This document shows, in pieces, positions 26,236-35,461 of a stretch of 64,000 nt of DNA (its first letter is position 1; every line of letters starts with the position of its first letter). This DNA is from Candidatus Parcubacteria bacterium. Its GTDB lineage: Bacteria; Patescibacteriota; Minisyncoccia; Minisyncoccales; JAGMDC01. Both the position numbers and the translations under genes were made by a program. The notes under the pieces are model-generated. The model saw only the letters and a list, made by a program, of their open reading frames with translations. It did not search any database and was not told where the DNA came from. The stretch is from positions 240,474-304,473 of the forward strand of contig JAGLYZ010000002.1 in the NCBI GenBank assembly GCA_023131895.1. The letters run 5' to 3'.

Positions 26236-27933
26236 CTATTTTTTCTGCACGAATTTGCAGGGATGTTTAGCAATTATTACTGAAACCTCTTTTTTGTTTA
26301 AAAAATCCTTAATTGCTTTTACAAATTCTTCCTGTTTGACCGGGTCAATTGTTTTTAAATGCTTAACTCCGCAGGCTTTAACAATATTTTCAATACTTAC
26401 TCCATCTGGTTCAGTCGGCGCGCTTGGATGCGGCTGATGGCCAGTCATAGCAGTAGTGGAATTATTCATAATAATTATTAATGGGTTTGATTTATTAAAA
26501 ACCGTGTTAATCAAACCAGTAATGCCGGAATGGAAAAAAGTTGAATCACCAATAAAAGTAATCAGTTTTTGCTCGCTTACCTTCTTAATCCCATGAGCAA
26601 TACCAATTGAAGAACCCATACAGTAAAGATAATCCTGAACATTGTGGGGAGAAAATCCTGCCAACATATAACAGCCAATATCACCGCCGAAAATTACATC
26701 CATACCTTTTGCAGCTTTTTTGACGCCTCCAAAAACCAACCAATAAGGACAGCCATGGCAAAGCTGAGGATGACGACGAGGAATTTTTCTAGCTTCGCCA
26801 GATCTGGCAGAGCCAAACAATTCCAATTTTTTATCAGTAAATTTGGCGATTGCCTGAATAACTATTTCAGGTTTCAACTCGCCGACTTCTGGTACTAAAT
26901 CTTTGCCAATAATCTTTAAATCACAATTTACTTCTTTTGCCATTCTTATTACTTCATTTTCTAAATATGGTTCTAATTCTTCTACTATTAAAACCTTATC
27001 CAAATTTTTAATAAAATTTTTAATTTTTTTCTCTGGCAAGGGATGAAAAAATCCAAGCTTTAAAACCGGCAAAGAAATATTTAATTCCTTTAATGCTTCT
27101 TTCACATAGAGATAAGAAACTCCGGAAGTAATAATTCCGAGCTTCGCAGAGACCCGACCTCCGCCAATTCTGGCGGAGGTCGGGTCTCTTCCGGCTTCTC
27201 TTCTAATTAAATTCAATTTGCTTTTCTCGCTATACTCACGTATTTTTTCAATCTTATCCAAAAGTTCCTTATGCATTTCCATAACTCGAGGCGGCATTGT
27301 TACAAATTTCTTATTGTCCTTTATAAATTTTCCATGGAGAACTGTTCTCAATGTTTTTAATTTGTCTAGTTTGACTGGAGCGCTTTGGTGCGCTACTCTT
27401 GTTGTCTCTCTAATCATTATCGGAATTTCAAATTTTTCAGATAAATCAAAAGCAAATTTAATAAAATCCTTACATTCTTGAGGGATTGACGGTTCAAGAA
27501 CAGGAATATTGGCTAAAGCCGCAAAAGCCCGGCTGTTCTCTTCTGATTGAGCCGAGCTATGGCAGGAAGGATCATCTGCTATTAAAATTACCATTCCTCC
27601 CTTAACTCCAGAATAAACCAATGGAAGTAAAAAATCAGAAGCAACATTTAAACCAAAATTTTTCATTGCCACCAAAGAGCGCAAACCAGAAAAAGAAGCG
27701 CCTCCTGCTGCTTCTATCGCGACTTTTTCATTAACAGAAAACTCAAAATATAAGCTTTTAATTTTGTCTTTAGAGTTTTGAATCTGATAAAAACTATTAC
27801 CGATCTCTGAAGCCGGCGTCCCAGGATAAGTGGAAACAAACTGAACGCCTGCTTCCAAAGCGCCTCTTACTATTGCCTCGTTTCCTAAAAGAATAACTTT
27901 TTTGTTTGGTTTCTCTAAAATATTTTCAAACAT
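26236..27933 (-). CDS. iorA: Indolepyruvate:ferredoxin oxidoreductase alpha subunit (TPP-binding)
   Basis: 565 aa with N-terminal LLGNEAIVRGALEAG...STYPGTPASE and TPP block GDIGCY. No C-terminal 2x[4Fe-4S] CxxCxxCxxxCP motifs are visible. Confidence 0.8.
   Translation of the reverse strand: MFENILEKPNKKVILLGNEAIVRGALEAGVQFVSTYPGTPASEIGNSFYQIQNSKDKIKSLYFEFSVNEKVAIEAAGGASFSGLRSLVAMKNFGLNVASDFLLPLVYSGVKGGMVILIADDPSCHSSAQSEENSRAFAALANIPVLEPSIPQECKDFIKFAFDLSEKFEIPIMIRETTRVAHQSAPVKLDKLKTLRTVLHGKFIKDNKKFVTMPPRVMEMHKELLDKIEKIREYSEKSKLNLIRREAGRDPTSARIGGGRVSAKLGIITSGVSYLYVKEALKELNISLPVLKLGFFHPLPEKKIKNFIKNLDKVLIVEELEPYLENEVIRMAKEVNCDLKIIGKDLVPEVGELKPEIVIQAIAKFTDKKLELFGSARSGEARKIPRRHPQLCHGCPYWLVFGGVKKAAKGMDVIFGGDIGCYMLAGFSPHNVQDYLYCMGSSIGIAHGIKKVSEQKLITFIGDSTFFHSGITGLINTVFNKSNPLIIIMNNSTTAMTGHQPHPSAPTEPDGVSIENIVKACGVKHLKTIDPVKQEEFVKAIKDFLNKKEVSVIIAKHPCKFVQKK
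27149..27188. repeat. Perfect 17-bp-stem GC-rich hairpin inside iorA
   Basis: gagacccgacctccgcc-aattct-ggcggaggtcgggtctc. In frame, encoding GRDPTSARIGGGRVS. Confidence 0.92.
27337..27349. repeat. GAGAAC-N-GTTCTC core inside iorA
   Basis: gagaac-t-gttctc, read in the gene as LRTVLH. Confidence 0.7.
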
Positions 27934-28479
27934 CTATTTATTATTTGTTTTATACTTTTCAACTGCTTTTTGAATTATTTCCATTGCCTTTTCTTTTTTC
28001 TCAAAATCTTCTACTTTCACATATTTATATTTCTCCGGCTCTAATTTCTTACAATCTTCAAAAAAGTTTTTAATCTCTTTCTTATGATGTTCACCAATAT
28101 CTTCAATGTCTTGAATTTCTTTAAATCGCGGATCAACTTTTTCTACTGGTACAGCTATAATTTTATTATCAATCCCTGCTTCATCTTTCATTAAAAGCAA
28201 ACCAACTGGTCTGGCTTTAACAACGCAACCAGAAAAAGTAGGATAAGTAGTTAAAAGCAAAACATCCAAAGCGTCGCTGTCTTCTGAATGTGTCTGAGGT
28301 ATAAAACCATAATCGCAAGGATAAAATAAGGACGAATAATTAACTCTGTCTAACTTAAAGCATCCTTTTTCTTCATCATATTCATACTTGTTAGCACAAC
28401 CTTTTGGAATATCAATTACTACATTTATTTCCTCTGGCAAATTATCGCCAGCTGGAATGTCTTTATAAAGATTGGTCAT
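27934..28479 (-). CDS. ppa: Inorganic pyrophosphatase (family I)
   Basis: 181 aa with metal-binding blocks EIPKGCANKYEYD and DSDALDVLLL. Confidence 0.9.
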   Translation of the reverse strand: MTNLYKDIPAGDNLPEEINVVIDIPKGCANKYEYDEEKGCFKLDRVNYSSLFYPCDYGFIPQTHSEDSDALDVLLLTTYPTFSGCVVKARPVGLLLMKDEAGIDNKIIAVPVEKVDPRFKEIQDIEDIGEHHKKEIKNFFEDCKKLEPEKYKYVKVEDFEKKEKAMEIIQKAVEKYKTNNK

Positions 28480-28484
28480 ATTTT

Positions 28485-30302
28485 TTATTCTACAGTTACA
28501 CTTTTTGCTAAATTTCTGGGCTTGTCTATATCCAAACCAAGTTCCAAGCCAAGATAAGCAGCAAAAAGTTGTAAAGGTATAATACTTAAAATTGGAGTAA
28601 GCATCTCAAGGGTTTTTGGAATATAAATTACGTCATCAGCCAAATTTTTTATTTCTTCATTTCCTTCAGTAGCCACAGCTAAAATCTTTCCGTGTCTTGC
28701 CTTAATTTCTTCTATGGCATTTTTCATTTTATCATAAACTGAATCAGAAGGACAGATAACACAAGTGGGAAAATTCTCATCAATTAAAGCAATTGCTCCA
28801 TGTTTCATGTCTCCTGCAGGATAAGCTTCAGCATGAATTTTCCAAGCAATTTCTTTTAATTTATGAGAACCCTCTAGGGCAATAGGAAAATTATATTTTC
28901 TCCCCAAAAAATAAAAATTCCTATATTGAGAATATTTCCTTGCCAATTCTTTGATGTAATCGGCCTGACTAAAAATCTTTTTAGACAACTCAGGCAATTT
29001 CTGCAGTTCCTCCAAAATCTTTTTACCAACAACTAAACTCATTTCTCTCTGTCTGCCAAGTCCAACAGTAATCAGAACCAAAATAGACAATTGGGAAATA
29101 AATGCTTTAGTTGAGGCAACAGCAATTTCTGGACCAATGCGACAATAAACACCAGCATCTGTTTCCCTGGCAATTGAAGAACCGACTCTATTCACTAATC
29201 CTAAACACAAACATCCTTTTCTTTTTGCTTCTTTCACTGCCTCTAAAGTATCTGCTGTTTCACCTGATTGGGAAATAACTAAAACAGCTGTTTTATCGTC
29301 TAAAATAGAATTCTTATAACGAAACTCGGAACCTATCTCCAATTTTGTCGGAATCTTAGCATACTCTTCAAACATATATTCTCCTACTTTGCCGGCGTAA
29401 CTTGCAGTGCCACAGGCAACAATAACGACTTTTTCTATCTTCTTTAATTGTTCTGAAACCTGTTCTAACCCTCCTAATTTCGCTAATCCCTGCTCTAAAA
29501 TCATTCTTCCGGCAATGCTTTTTTCTATTGTTGATGGCTGTTCAAAAATCTCTTTTAACATAAAATGTGAAAAACCCTGTTTTTGCGCCTCTTCTGTCTC
29601 CCATTCAATTTTTTCAATTGGTTTTTCTTTTAATATAAAAAAATTATTTGGGGACAAAACAGCGATTTCATTATCATCTAATGTAATAACCTGATTAGTA
29701 TGTGAAATAATAGCAGAAGTATCTGAAGCTACTAAAAACTCATCATTGTTGATTCCTAAAATTAAAGGTGAACCAAGTTTTGCCGCAACAATCTTTTCCG
29801 GGTCTTTTCGGGCAATAACTGCCAAAGCATAAGCTCCTTTAACTTTTTTCAGCGCTTGTCTTACAGCTTCTTCTAAATTGCTTTTGAAGCAACTCTCTAT
29901 TAAATGAGCGATAACCTCTGTGTCTGTTTCGCTAATAAATTGATGCCCTTCTGACATTAACTGCTCTTTCAATTCTTTATAGTTTTCAATAATACCGTTG
30001 TGGACGACATAAATGTTTTTTTTACAGTCCCAATGCGGATGCGCGTTTATTTCACTTGCTTCGCCATGAGTTGCCCAGCGAGTATGCAGTATAAAAGGAT
30101 TACCGTTGAAAGGCGATTGAGAAAATTTATTCTCAAGCTCGCTTATCTTTCCTTTTGCTTTCAAACAAAAAATCTCCTGTTTTTCAGGATTAAATACTGC
30201 CATTCCAGCAGAATCATATCCTCTGTATTCCAAACGCTTCAAGGCGTTCAGACCAATTTGGGGATCATTTTTTTTACCAATGTAGCCAACGATGCCGCAC
30301 AT
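28485..30302 (-). CDS. glmS: Glutamine--fructose-6-phosphate aminotransferase
   Basis: 605 aa with N-terminal MCGIVGY, two SIS domains and the C-terminal ...KPRNLAKSVTVE. Confidence 0.95.
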   Translation of the reverse strand: MCGIVGYIGKKNDPQIGLNALKRLEYRGYDSAGMAVFNPEKQEIFCLKAKGKISELENKFSQSPFNGNPFILHTRWATHGEASEINAHPHWDCKKNIYVVHNGIIENYKELKEQLMSEGHQFISETDTEVIAHLIESCFKSNLEEAVRQALKKVKGAYALAVIARKDPEKIVAAKLGSPLILGINNDEFLVASDTSAIISHTNQVITLDDNEIAVLSPNNFFILKEKPIEKIEWETEEAQKQGFSHFMLKEIFEQPSTIEKSIAGRMILEQGLAKLGGLEQVSEQLKKIEKVVIVACGTASYAGKVGEYMFEEYAKIPTKLEIGSEFRYKNSILDDKTAVLVISQSGETADTLEAVKEAKRKGCLCLGLVNRVGSSIARETDAGVYCRIGPEIAVASTKAFISQLSILVLITVGLGRQREMSLVVGKKILEELQKLPELSKKIFSQADYIKELARKYSQYRNFYFLGRKYNFPIALEGSHKLKEIAWKIHAEAYPAGDMKHGAIALIDENFPTCVICPSDSVYDKMKNAIEEIKARHGKILAVATEGNEEIKNLADDVIYIPKTLEMLTPILSIIPLQLFAAYLGLELGLDIDKPRNLAKSVTVE

Positions 30303-30304
30303 GC

Positions 30305-30387
30305 CAATTTTGTCCGCGAAGCAAGCCGTAAGGCAAAGCTAAGCGGAAACAAAATTGAGCATCCCGATACTAATTTGTAAAATTAGT
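30305..30387. repeat. Structured GC-rich intergenic element between leuS and glmS
   Basis: Outer stem caattttgtccgc / gcgga(aa)caaaattg enclosing gcc-gtaa-ggc. A second perfect hairpin follows: actaattt-gta-aaattagt. Confidence 0.7.
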
Positions 30388-30407
30388 GGCGAGATAACTC
30401 AAAAATT

Positions 30408-32849
30408 TTAACAAACAATATTAATTAATCTTCCTTTAATAAATACCACCTTCTTGATGGGCTTGTCCTCTATCCATTTTTTAACTTTTTCTCTCTCTAA
30501 TGTCAATCTTTTTGCTTCTTCTTCTGAAATGTCTATTTCAACTTCTATTTTGTCGCGCATTTTGCCATTAATCTGGATGATTAAAAAGATTTTTTCTTCT
30601 TTAATTAACTTCGGATTATACTTGGGCCATTTTTCTTTAAAAATAGATTTTTTATAACCTAAATTTTGATAAATCTCTTCTGAAATATGCGGCGCAAAAG
30701 GAGAAAGCAAAATCAACATTTTTTCAATTGTATCTTTGCCAACTTCTTTTTTATCTTCCAAACCCAAATTTACAAACTTCATAAAACCAGCAATGATGGT
30801 ATTGAATTTTGTTGCTTCTAAATCCTCATCTATTTTTTTATTAAGTTGATGAATCGCTCTTATTATTTTGGGACTGCTTTTTTCGTTTTTAGAACACTCC
30901 AAACTCAATTTCCAAACTTTTTCTAAAAACCGATAAACACCTTTCACTCCTTTAGCGCTCCAGACAATTGCCTGACCAAATGGACCCATAAACATTTCAT
31001 AAACACGCAAAGTATCTGCTCCGTATTCTTTAATAATATCATCAGGATTAACTACATTGCCAAATGACTTTGACATTTTTCTTCCATCTTCAGCTAAAAC
31101 TATACCATGAGAAGTCCTTCGAGTATAGGGTTCTGCCTGCGGAGCAATGCCAATATCAAAAAGAAATTTATACCAAAAACGAGAATATAGAAGATGCAAA
31201 GTTGTGTGCTCCATGCCGCCGTTATACCAATCTACTGGCAGCCAATATTTTAATTTTTTGGAATCAGCTAACGATTTATTATTATCAGTATCAGTATAGC
31301 GCATAAAATACCAAGAAGAACCAGCCCAGTTAGGCATAGTGTCGGTTTCTCTTTTAGCTGGTCCCTTGCATTTTGGACACTTGATATCAACCCAATCTTT
31401 AATTTTTGCTAAAGGCGATTCACCAGTGCCTGTTGGCTGATACTTTTCAATATAAGGAAGTTTTACTGGTAAATCTTTCTCCGGCACTGGAATTGCACCG
31501 CATTTTTCACAATGAATAATTGGCATCGGTTCTCCCCAGTAATGCTGTCTGGAAAAAACCCAGTCCCTTAGTCTGTAGTGAACTGTTTTTCTGCCAAAGC
31601 CCTGCTTTTCAGCACATTTTAGCATTTCATCTCTTGCTTTTTTTGAACTCAAACCCGAAAATTGTCCGGAGTTAATCAAAACTCCGTCTTCTACAAAACA
31701 TTCATTTAACTTGGGGAGAACGGTTCTCGTTGATTTCGTCAACGAGAACCGTTCTCGCGAGACTATTACTTCTTTGACTGGCAATTTATATTTTTTAGCA
31801 AAATTAAAATCTCGTTTGTCATGAGCAGGAACTACCATTACTGCCCCTCCTCCATAAGTCGCCACTATATAATCTCCTATCCAAATAGGAATTTTTTCAT
31901 TATTTACTGGATTAATACAATAAGAGCCAGTAAAAACTCCTGTTTTTTCTTTTTTTAATTCTGTTCTTTCAAAATCACTTTTTTTCTTTGATTGTTCAAT
32001 ATAATTAATTACTTTCTCATTGTTGCCATCTGTAATTAGCTTTTCAATCAAGGAATGTTCCGGAGCTAAGACAACAGCTGTCACCCCGAAAATAGTGTCA
32101 GTCCTAGTAGTAAAAACTTTTATTGTGTCTTGAGAATTTTCAATTTTGAAATTAATTTCTATGCCATAACTTCTGCCAATCCAATTTATCTGCTGGGCTT
32201 TAATTTTTTCTAAATAATCAAGCTTTTCTAAATCATCTATCAGCCGGTCAGCATATTTAGTGATTTTTAACATCCATTGTTTTTTTATTTTTTTTTCTAC
32301 TTGAGTATTGCAGCGCTCGCACTTACCGGAAACCACTTCTTCATTGGCTAAGCCAATTTTGCAGGAAGGACACCAGTTAATAGGTATTTCTGCCTGATAA
32401 GCCAAGCCCTTTTCAAAAAGCTGAAGAAAAATCCATTGAGTCCATTTGTAATATTTTGTGTCAGTGGTATTAATTTCCCTATTCCAATCAAAAGAAAGAC
32501 CTAAATTTTTAAATTGTCTTTTAAAATTGGCGATATTTTTTTTAGTTGCTTCTTGAGGATGAATCCCTGTTTTTATAGCATAATTTTCTGCCGGCAAACC
32601 AAAAGCATCCCAGCCAATAGGAAACAAAACATTATATCCTTCCATTCTTTTTTTTCGAGCAACAGCGTCTAAGGCAGTATAAGGTCTTAAATGACCAACA
32701 TGAAGCCCTTCTCCTGAAGGATAAGGAAATTCAATTAAAATATATTTTTTAGGTCTCTTTGAAAAATCTTGAGCTCTATATATTTCTGATTTTTCCCAAG
32801 TTCTTTGCCATTTTGGCTCAATTTTTTGCGGTTCGTATTTTTTCATCAT
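30408..32849 (-). CDS. leuS: Leucine--tRNA ligase
   Basis: 813 aa class I aaRS with HVGH, the KMSKS motif (RKMSKSFGN) and a CP1 editing domain. Confidence 0.95.
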   Translation of the reverse strand: MMKKYEPQKIEPKWQRTWEKSEIYRAQDFSKRPKKYILIEFPYPSGEGLHVGHLRPYTALDAVARKKRMEGYNVLFPIGWDAFGLPAENYAIKTGIHPQEATKKNIANFKRQFKNLGLSFDWNREINTTDTKYYKWTQWIFLQLFEKGLAYQAEIPINWCPSCKIGLANEEVVSGKCERCNTQVEKKIKKQWMLKITKYADRLIDDLEKLDYLEKIKAQQINWIGRSYGIEINFKIENSQDTIKVFTTRTDTIFGVTAVVLAPEHSLIEKLITDGNNEKVINYIEQSKKKSDFERTELKKEKTGVFTGSYCINPVNNEKIPIWIGDYIVATYGGGAVMVVPAHDKRDFNFAKKYKLPVKEVIVSRERFSLTKSTRTVLPKLNECFVEDGVLINSGQFSGLSSKKARDEMLKCAEKQGFGRKTVHYRLRDWVFSRQHYWGEPMPIIHCEKCGAIPVPEKDLPVKLPYIEKYQPTGTGESPLAKIKDWVDIKCPKCKGPAKRETDTMPNWAGSSWYFMRYTDTDNNKSLADSKKLKYWLPVDWYNGGMEHTTLHLLYSRFWYKFLFDIGIAPQAEPYTRRTSHGIVLAEDGRKMSKSFGNVVNPDDIIKEYGADTLRVYEMFMGPFGQAIVWSAKGVKGVYRFLEKVWKLSLECSKNEKSSPKIIRAIHQLNKKIDEDLEATKFNTIIAGFMKFVNLGLEDKKEVGKDTIEKMLILLSPFAPHISEEIYQNLGYKKSIFKEKWPKYNPKLIKEEKIFLIIQINGKMRDKIEVEIDISEEEAKRLTLEREKVKKWIEDKPIKKVVFIKGRLINIVC
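31716..31756. repeat. Nested double GAGAAC-N-GTTCTC palindrome inside leuS
   Basis: gagaacggttctcgttga-tttcg-tcaacgagaaccgttctc. The two 18-nt arms are perfect inverted copies and each arm contains its own palindrome. In frame, encoding SRERFSLTKSTRTVLP. Confidence 0.9.
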
Positions 32850-32929
32850 TGAACTATAATTATATCTTAATCTTACAAAAAAAATCAGCCTATTACAAGC
32901 CGAATATAAAATGTGTCTGTATAAAAAAC

Positions 32930-33790
32930 TTAAATTTTAAACAACTTTTTAGCGTTTGTACTGGTGATTTCAGCTATTTTCTCAAGAGGGATATTTTTAA
33001 TTTTAGCAATATGTTCGGCAATGTATTTGATAAAAATGGGTTCATTTCGGCCCGCCTTCGCTAAAGCTTTGGCGGGCAAAGGCGGAGTTAAAAAAGGACA
33101 ATCTGTTTCAATCAAAATTCTATCTAATGGCGTTTTTTTAATTATTTCATCAAGGTCTAATTTAAAAACAATTCCATTAAAACCTAAATAAAATCCCATT
33201 TCTAAAAATTTCTCTGCCTGCTCCCAAGTACCGGTAAAAGAATGGATTACCGAGGTCAGACCTTCTATAGGAGGTCTGACCTCAAGTATTTCTATTAAAT
33301 CGTCGTGAGCCATTCGGCAGTGAAAGATTACTGGCAGATTTAATTCTTCGGCTAATTTTAATTCCTGCTCAAGAAGTGCTTTTTGTTTTTCTTTAAAAAG
33401 CGCAAGCTTTTTCTTTGTTTTCGGCTTATAGTAATAATCCAATCCAATTTCGCCAATAGCCACTACTTTTTTAGATTTTGCTAATTCTTTGTATTTATTG
33501 AAATTAAAATTCTCTTCTAATATATCTTCTAAGTTTTGAGTTTTAAGTTGTGGCTTTGACTTTTGAGTTTTGACTTTTGAGTTTTGTTTAATATTAATAG
33601 GGTGAAGTCCAATCGCCGCATATACTCTTTCATTATAATCCTTTGAAATTTCAACTGCTTTTTTTGAGGTCTCATAATTTGTCCCTACATTTATCATCCA
33701 AATATTATTATCTAAACATCTCTTTATAACTTCATCTCTATCTCTGTCAAAAGCAGCAAAATTAAGATGAGCATGAGTATCTACAAGCAT
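32930..33790 (-). CDS. tatD: TatD-family metal-dependent hydrolase/DNase
   Basis: 286 aa with MLVDTHAHL, the ...ETDCPFLTP... blocks and NEP. About 30 aa longer than usual because of three repeat insertions. Confidence 0.9.
   Translation of the reverse strand: MLVDTHAHLNFAAFDRDRDEVIKRCLDNNIWMINVGTNYETSKKAVEISKDYNERVYAAIGLHPINIKQNSKVKTQKSKPQLKTQNLEDILEENFNFNKYKELAKSKKVVAIGEIGLDYYYKPKTKKKLALFKEKQKALLEQELKLAEELNLPVIFHCRMAHDDLIEILEVRPPIEGLTSVIHSFTGTWEQAEKFLEMGFYLGFNGIVFKLDLDEIIKKTPLDRILIETDCPFLTPPLPAKALAKAGRNEPIFIKYIAEHIAKIKNIPLEKIAEITSTNAKKLFKI
33049..33085. repeat. AAGCTT-centred GC-rich element inside tatD
   Basis: ggcccgccttcgctaaagctttggcgggcaaaggcgg. Its reverse complement closely matches argS 47682-47708. 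Encodes PLPAKALAKAG between the CPFLTP and RNEP motifs. Confidence 0.8.
33252..33283. repeat. Perfect 12-bp-stem hairpin inside tatD
   Basis: gaggtcagacct-tctatagg-aggtctgacctc. In frame, encoding EVRPPIEGLTSV. Confidence 0.9.
33531..33587. repeat. G/T-rich ~57-nt repeat shared with ileS
   Basis: aagttttgagttttaagttgtggctttgacttttgagttttgacttttgagttttg is about 80% identical to 44810-44866. Encodes NSKVKTQKSKPQLKTQNL. Confidence 0.85.
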
Positions 33791-33825
33791 AATTAAAAAG
33801 TTAAAATGTAAAAGTAAAATCTTCT

Positions 33826-33962
33826 TGCAAAGAAAACAGATTTTTCAAATTAGGTTGGCGAGGATTCTGAATTTTCCGAAGACGTGTCGGAGCCCTTTAG
33901 GGTAAAGCGCGAGGAAATTTCGAAATCCGAGCAAACTGTAATGATTTAAAAATCTTGTTTTT
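33826..33962. repeat. Structured intergenic element between metG and tatD
   Basis: Long outer stem aaaacagatttttcaaat / atttaaaaatcttgtttt encloses GC-rich sub-hairpins. The scaffold resembles 41395-41498. Confidence 0.7.
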
Positions 33963-33969
33963 GTAGCCT

Positions 33970-35427
33970 TTACTTAATTCGCGGAAAAAGCGATTTGCTT
34001 TTTTTGGCTTTGATTTGTTTCAATATCTTTTCTGATGTTTCTGGTAAAAACGGCTCTAACATTTCAGCTATATTTGTTAAAGCAAATAACAACTCACTAA
34101 TTACTAATAACTGTCTCTCGGATTTCTCCCAAGGCCTTTCCTTTTCTATATATCTATCGCAATAACTAATTAACTTCCAAATTTCTTCCAATGCTTCATT
34201 AAATTTAAAATTATCTAAGGCATTTTTATATTTTTTCTCTGTATTTCTAATAGCTTTGGTTACTTTTAAATTTTGCTTGTCTCGTAGCAAGCTTGCTCTG
34301 CTTCGGGAAGTTTTTATTTTTTCTGCCATGGTCAAGACCCGAGCAGTAAGATTTCCCAGCCCTTTTGCCAAATCTGCATTATATCTTGCTTCAAATTTTT
34401 CATAAGTAAAGTCACCATCTTCAGTTGGAGAAATCTCCCTCAAAAGAAAATACCTAACAGCATCAGTCCCGTATTTTTCAACTAATACAAATGGGTCAAC
34501 AACATTTCCCAAAGATTTTGACATTTTCTGACCGCCAGATGTGATAAAACCGTGAACAAGAATAATTTTAGGTAGTTTTAGCTTTAAAGAAAGCAATATG
34601 CCAAGCCAAATTATAGCATGGAATCTGATTATATCTTTTCCAATACAATGTACATCAGCTGGCCAGAATTTTTTGAATTTTTCATTGTTCTGAGCATAGC
34701 CAAGAGCAGAAACATAATTTACAAGGGCATCGCTCCATACATAAATGGTCTGATTTTTGTCTTCTGGCACAGGAATTCCCCATTTCGAATTTTGCCTTGA
34801 GCGAGAGAAACTAATATCTTTTAACCCTTGCTTTACAAAACTTAAAATCTCATTTTTTCGGGTTTGAGGAATAATTTTAACCTTATCTTTTTCTATCGCC
34901 TTTTTTATTTTTTTTGAGTACTTTGAGAGTTTAAAAAAATAATTCTCTTCTTCAATAATCTCTGGCCTCTTTTTGTGAATAGGACATTTTCCATTCACTA
35001 AATCTTTCTTCGTAATAAAGGCTTCACAACCAATACAATAAAATCCTTTATATTTTTTCTTGCAAATATCGCCATTTTTTTTTAATTTCAGCCAAACCTT
35101 TTTTACTGTCGGCCAATGACGTTTTTGATCAGTAGTTCTGATAAAATCATCGTTAGATAAATTCAAAACATTTGTTAGGTTTCTAAACTTATCTGAAATC
35201 TCATCTGTAAATTCTTTTGGGTTCTTTCCAGCTTTTTCAGCCGCCTTTAAATTTTTTTGGCCATGTTCATCTGTTCCGGTTAAAAAGAAAGTTTCTTCAC
35301 TCAAAAACCGATGATATCTAGCAAGAACATCGGCTTGAATCAGTTCTTGAGCAAATCCTATATGCGGCAGAGCATTTGTATAGGCTAAACTACTAGTGAT
35401 ATAAAATTTTTTCTTTTTGCTTGACAT
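33970..35427 (-). CDS. metG: Methionine--tRNA ligase
   Basis: 485 aa class I aaRS with HIGF (HIGH-like), KMSKS and CxxC zinc knuckles. Confidence 0.93.
   Translation of the reverse strand: MSSKKKKFYITSSLAYTNALPHIGFAQELIQADVLARYHRFLSEETFFLTGTDEHGQKNLKAAEKAGKNPKEFTDEISDKFRNLTNVLNLSNDDFIRTTDQKRHWPTVKKVWLKLKKNGDICKKKYKGFYCIGCEAFITKKDLVNGKCPIHKKRPEIIEEENYFFKLSKYSKKIKKAIEKDKVKIIPQTRKNEILSFVKQGLKDISFSRSRQNSKWGIPVPEDKNQTIYVWSDALVNYVSALGYAQNNEKFKKFWPADVHCIGKDIIRFHAIIWLGILLSLKLKLPKIILVHGFITSGGQKMSKSLGNVVDPFVLVEKYGTDAVRYFLLREISPTEDGDFTYEKFEARYNADLAKGLGNLTARVLTMAEKIKTSRSRASLLRDKQNLKVTKAIRNTEKKYKNALDNFKFNEALEEIWKLISYCDRYIEKERPWEKSERQLLVISELLFALTNIAEMLEPFLPETSEKILKQIKAKKSKSLFPRIK
34262..34320. repeat. AAGCTT-centred in-frame element inside metG
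   Basis: acttttaaattttgcttg + core (agcaagcttgct, a perfect 12-bp palindrome) + agtttttatttt. The flanks match the argS element. Encodes KTSRSRASLLRDKQNLKV. Confidence 0.75.
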
Positions 35428-35461
35428 AAATTTTGTGAGTAATTCTGTTTCTTTTCCTCTA

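Noticed and set aside
30303-30407. Possible glmS ribozyme in the 5' leader of glmS
   Set aside because: The spacer is only about 100 nt. I could not find the conserved glmS ribozyme core features I recall, and the structure instead resembles the other GC-rich intergenic repeat elements. Infernal with RF00234 would settle this.
14884-31756. GAAC..GTTC palindromes as LexA/Cheo (SOS) boxes
   Set aside because: The Gram-positive SOS box is GAAC-N4-GTTC. These have a 1-nt centre, sit inside ORFs rather than promoters, and add extra codons.
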